From assembly GCF_006345805.1 (NCBI RefSeq), contig NW_021827972.1:1-9495 (forward strand): DNA of 9,495 nucleotides, written 5' to 3'. How positions within the stretch are numbered: the stretch's first letter is position 1; each line of letters begins with the position of its first letter. This stretch comes from Octopus sinensis. Its lineage: Eukaryota. Positions 6,932 through 9,495 of this stretch are shown piece after piece. The notes beneath the pieces were generated by a model, which was not told the DNA's origin, did no database searches, and worked only from the letters and a program-made list of their open reading frames with translations. The translations under genes and the position numbers were made by a program.

Positions 6932-7462
6932 CGTTATTCGTAGTGGTTGGACCAAAATGAAGTACCGAAAAACTTCCCTAAACCCGAATTCTTCAAAAAG
7001 AAGGTTATGGTGACTGTTTAGTGGTGTATTGCTGGACTCATCCACCATAACTTCTTAAAACTCGGAAAAACCATTACTGCAAAAACATATTGCCCTGTAA
7101 TTGACAAAATAAACGAAAATCTGCTACTCCTCCGTCTCACAATGGTCAACAGAAGAGGACCAATCATTCTTCATGACGATACTCGACCACACGTTTCACT
7201 AATGATGCTCCAGAAGTTGAGAGAACTTGGTTACGAAGTTCTTCCCTACCCAGCTTATTCCACACACCTTTCGCCTACCGACAACCACTTTTTCTAGCAA
7301 CCTTGAGAGTTTCCTGCGAGAGAAGGAGTTTAAAGATCAAATCGATGTTGAAAGTGCGTCCAGTCCAAAGAACCCCAAATTCTTATCTTACCGGAATTAA
7401 CAAACTTGTAACTCGTTGGTAAAAAATGTACTGATTGTGACGGTACTTAATTTGATGAATAA
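6024..7462 (+). pseudogene. Mariner transposase pseudogene
   Basis: The N-terminal HTH (KAAETARDINEIFG) is followed, across stops and frameshifts, by LDKWVTHDL (WVPHEL motif), RIVTCDE, KKVMVTV*W, GPIILHDDTRPH, YSTHLSPTDNHFF (YSPDL motif) and TGINKLVTRW. There are 34 residues between the second and third catalytic Asp. Confidence 0.95.
6486..6928. repeat. (AAC)n/(AAT)n/(GAT)n microsatellite inside the transposase
   Basis: Directly visible between the WIL(Y) and KRYS*WLDQ codons. Confidence 0.98.
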
Positions 7463-7865
7463 AATTTCCTCATTGATGAAATATATTGGGAGGAATTTCA
7501 TGTTCCAAAACGTTGCCTACTTTTTACTCATTTCCCCCCCTTTTTCTACTTATTAGAGTAACTTCCTTTCTAGTCAACGATTTTTCATAGCGTCTGTTGC
7601 CATTAATAGTCGACAAGAATGTATCGTAGCTCTTCGCTCCAACATTCGAAACTCCGAGTACTATAATGACAAAATTTACTGATTGTTCTAAATTATAATA
7701 TCCTCTATTTATCAAATATCGAGGTCTCATTCTTTTGTTGTTACTTATTATTATTATTAAGTTTCATCCCGTACATTACAGCATTTTCTCTAAGAGGCTA
7801 ATACAGCTTATGTTGAATAGTTGCTATTAATCAGTTGAGGGAATTCTTCCACAGAAGAATCTAAT

Positions 7866-9023
7866 ATGGATCCTTACAGAATCCATTACTCAATAAAAAA
7901 ACATGCCTATACCATCCAGGGAACTATACTCTAAAAAACTACTGGAGAAAATTACGAATCTTAAACGTATGAGATGGAAGGTCTTCCATTACAACAATGA
8001 AGAGTTTATCACAGAGAACATATACCATGAAATGAAATCAAAGAAATTCCCTCCCAAAATGAATGACTTAGATGACTTCGAAACAGACCAAATTTCGTAA
8101 CACTTTTCAACAGAAACTGAAAAAAAGACATTAAAATCATAAAAAATTTCCCCATGATAAAACCAAGAACTTATAACAGCACATACTCACAATTCCTACA
8201 TAACAATATTATTAATAATTACACTAAAGCTAGACCGCAAGTTTATCAAGACATTAATAAAGAAGCTAGTATCATCACCGCTAGGTTTAAATTTGATAAA
8301 AGATAGAGATCCTTCCAAAGAAAGATGCCTTTATAACTATTAAGAATCATTAAAAGAACTTCCTAACTAATCCTAAATGCAGATTAATTAACCCTGCAAA
8401 ATCAGAAATTGGAATAATTAGTAAGGAAATTTTAATAAAAATCAATGCTAAATTTAGAAGGGCAACTAATTTAGTACAATGGTCCAATAGCATAGTCGTT
8501 AACTGGTTTAATGCAATTAGAGATAAGAATAAAGCAAGATTTACCCGATTTGATATTGTGGATTTCTATGCATCTATTTCTAGAAAACTGCGAGATAAAG
8601 CCCTCACTTTCGCAAGCGATTTTACAGAAACTAGTGAACAACGTAAGGATATAATCCTCCATTCTAGAGAGAGACCATACTCTTCAGTGAGAACACAGAG
8701 CGGGTCAAGACATCATACACAGACGGTTCTTTCGATGTGAGCATGGGGTCATATGATGGAGCAGGCATATGTGATTTCATTGGGCTGTTCCTGCTTGACA
8801 CTTTGGGAAAATCTTTTCCTGGTGTCTATTTCGCTATTTATAGGGATGATGCTCTAGGTTTAGCTAAGAATACCAATTGACCAGCGCAAGATCGGTTTAG
8901 GAAGGATATTATCCATCTTAAGAAAGCATTCGATCTTAGCATAACAATAGATACCAATTTGACGGTTGTCAATTTCCCTTGACGTATCTCTAGATTAATA
9001 AAAGAATATTTACAAACTCTATA
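7866..9023 (+). mobile_element. Decayed Penelope-like element reverse transcriptase (probably Naiad-type), 3'-truncated
   Basis: Conceptual translation across stops and frameshifts gives YSIK/NMPIPS..KRMRWK, AFITIKNH, PKCRLINPAKSEIG, FDIVDFYASIS, FDVSMGSYDGAGICDFIG, YRDD (8839-8850) and VVNF/LDVSLD. No GIY-YIG domain is retained. The clade call is from memory. Confidence 0.9.
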
Positions 9024-9069
9024 GTAGACGAAAACTGAATGAAGACCGTCGTATATATATATACATACA

Positions 9070-9124
<55 letters not shown>

Positions 9125-9352
9125 GGTGTGTGTGTGCGTGGTGTGGTCTATGTTTGTGTGTCTGTGTTTGTACCCTGCAACATCGCTTGGCAACCGATGG
9201 TGGGTGTTTTATGTCCATGTAACTTAGTGGTTCGGCAAAAGAGACCATAGAATACCTACTAGGCTTACCAGTATAAGTTCTGGGATCGATTTGCTGGACT
9301 AAAGGCGGTGCTCCAGCATGACCGCAGTCAAATGACTGAAACAGTAAAAGAG
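9024..9352 (+). mobile_element. 5'-truncated octopus-type SINE with an internal (TA)/(TG) microsatellite
   Basis: GTAGACGAAAACTGAATGAAGACCGTCG-(TA/TG)n-...GGTTCGGCAAAAGAGACC...AAAGGCGGTGCTCCAGCATGACCGCAGTCAAATGACTGAAACAG matches my recollection of the body and tail of an abundant Octopus tRNA-derived SINE. The tRNA head (A/B boxes) is absent. Confidence 0.75.
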
Positions 9353-9495
9353 ATATATACGGATAGATAGATAGATGCATACATACATGTATATATATCT
9401 ATATTAATATATGTATATATATGTATATATATATATATATATATAATATCTATATATAAATACCATTCACTACACACACATGTTGTGTATATCTA
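9353..9495. repeat. (GATA)/(TA)n low-complexity tail
   Basis: Directly visible. Confidence 0.85.

Larger units (their letters stand above)
5840..7530 (+). mobile_element. Decayed mariner DNA transposon (Tc1/mariner, DD34D, Hsmar1/cecropia-like)
   Basis: Left TIR TA|TCAGGTTGAGTAAAAAGTAAGCAGCGTTTTGAACCATGAAA (5840-5880). The right TIR (7496-7530) matches 5846-5880 at 31/35 bp but lacks the outer 6 bp and the TA. A transposase relic lies between them. Confidence 0.95.

Noticed and set aside
8878-8880. In-frame TGA in the RT as possible selenocysteine
   Set aside because: The element has many other stops and frameshifts, the position fits a GGA>TGA decay, and no SECIS region is retained.

Overview
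AT-rich, microsatellite-dense animal genomic DNA, most likely octopus/cephalopod (inferred from a SINE-like repeat recognised from memory). There is one credible host gene: a 763-aa minus-strand ORF with no intron in its coding region (3716->1425). It has a signal peptide, a short glycosylatable N-terminal spacer and 39 tandem 16-aa units (48 bp each) built almost only from Trp, Tyr, Arg, Thr and Pro and arranged in distinct blocks. A candidate TATA/Inr promoter and a candidate 3'-UTR intron flank it. I do not recognise the family; it looks like a secreted, highly cationic, aromatic block-copolymer protein (structural, adhesive or antimicrobial). The rest is decayed mobile DNA: an (AAT)n-tailed retroposon end with an inverted copy forming a long hairpin (345-930), a LINE-like 3' end inside a (TATC)n tract, a dead Hsmar1-like DD34D mariner (5840-7530) split by a 443-bp microsatellite, a dead Penelope-like reverse transcriptase (7866-9023) and a 5'-truncated SINE (9024-9352). 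The other ORF-track entries are microsatellite read-throughs, antisense shadows or transposon fragments.
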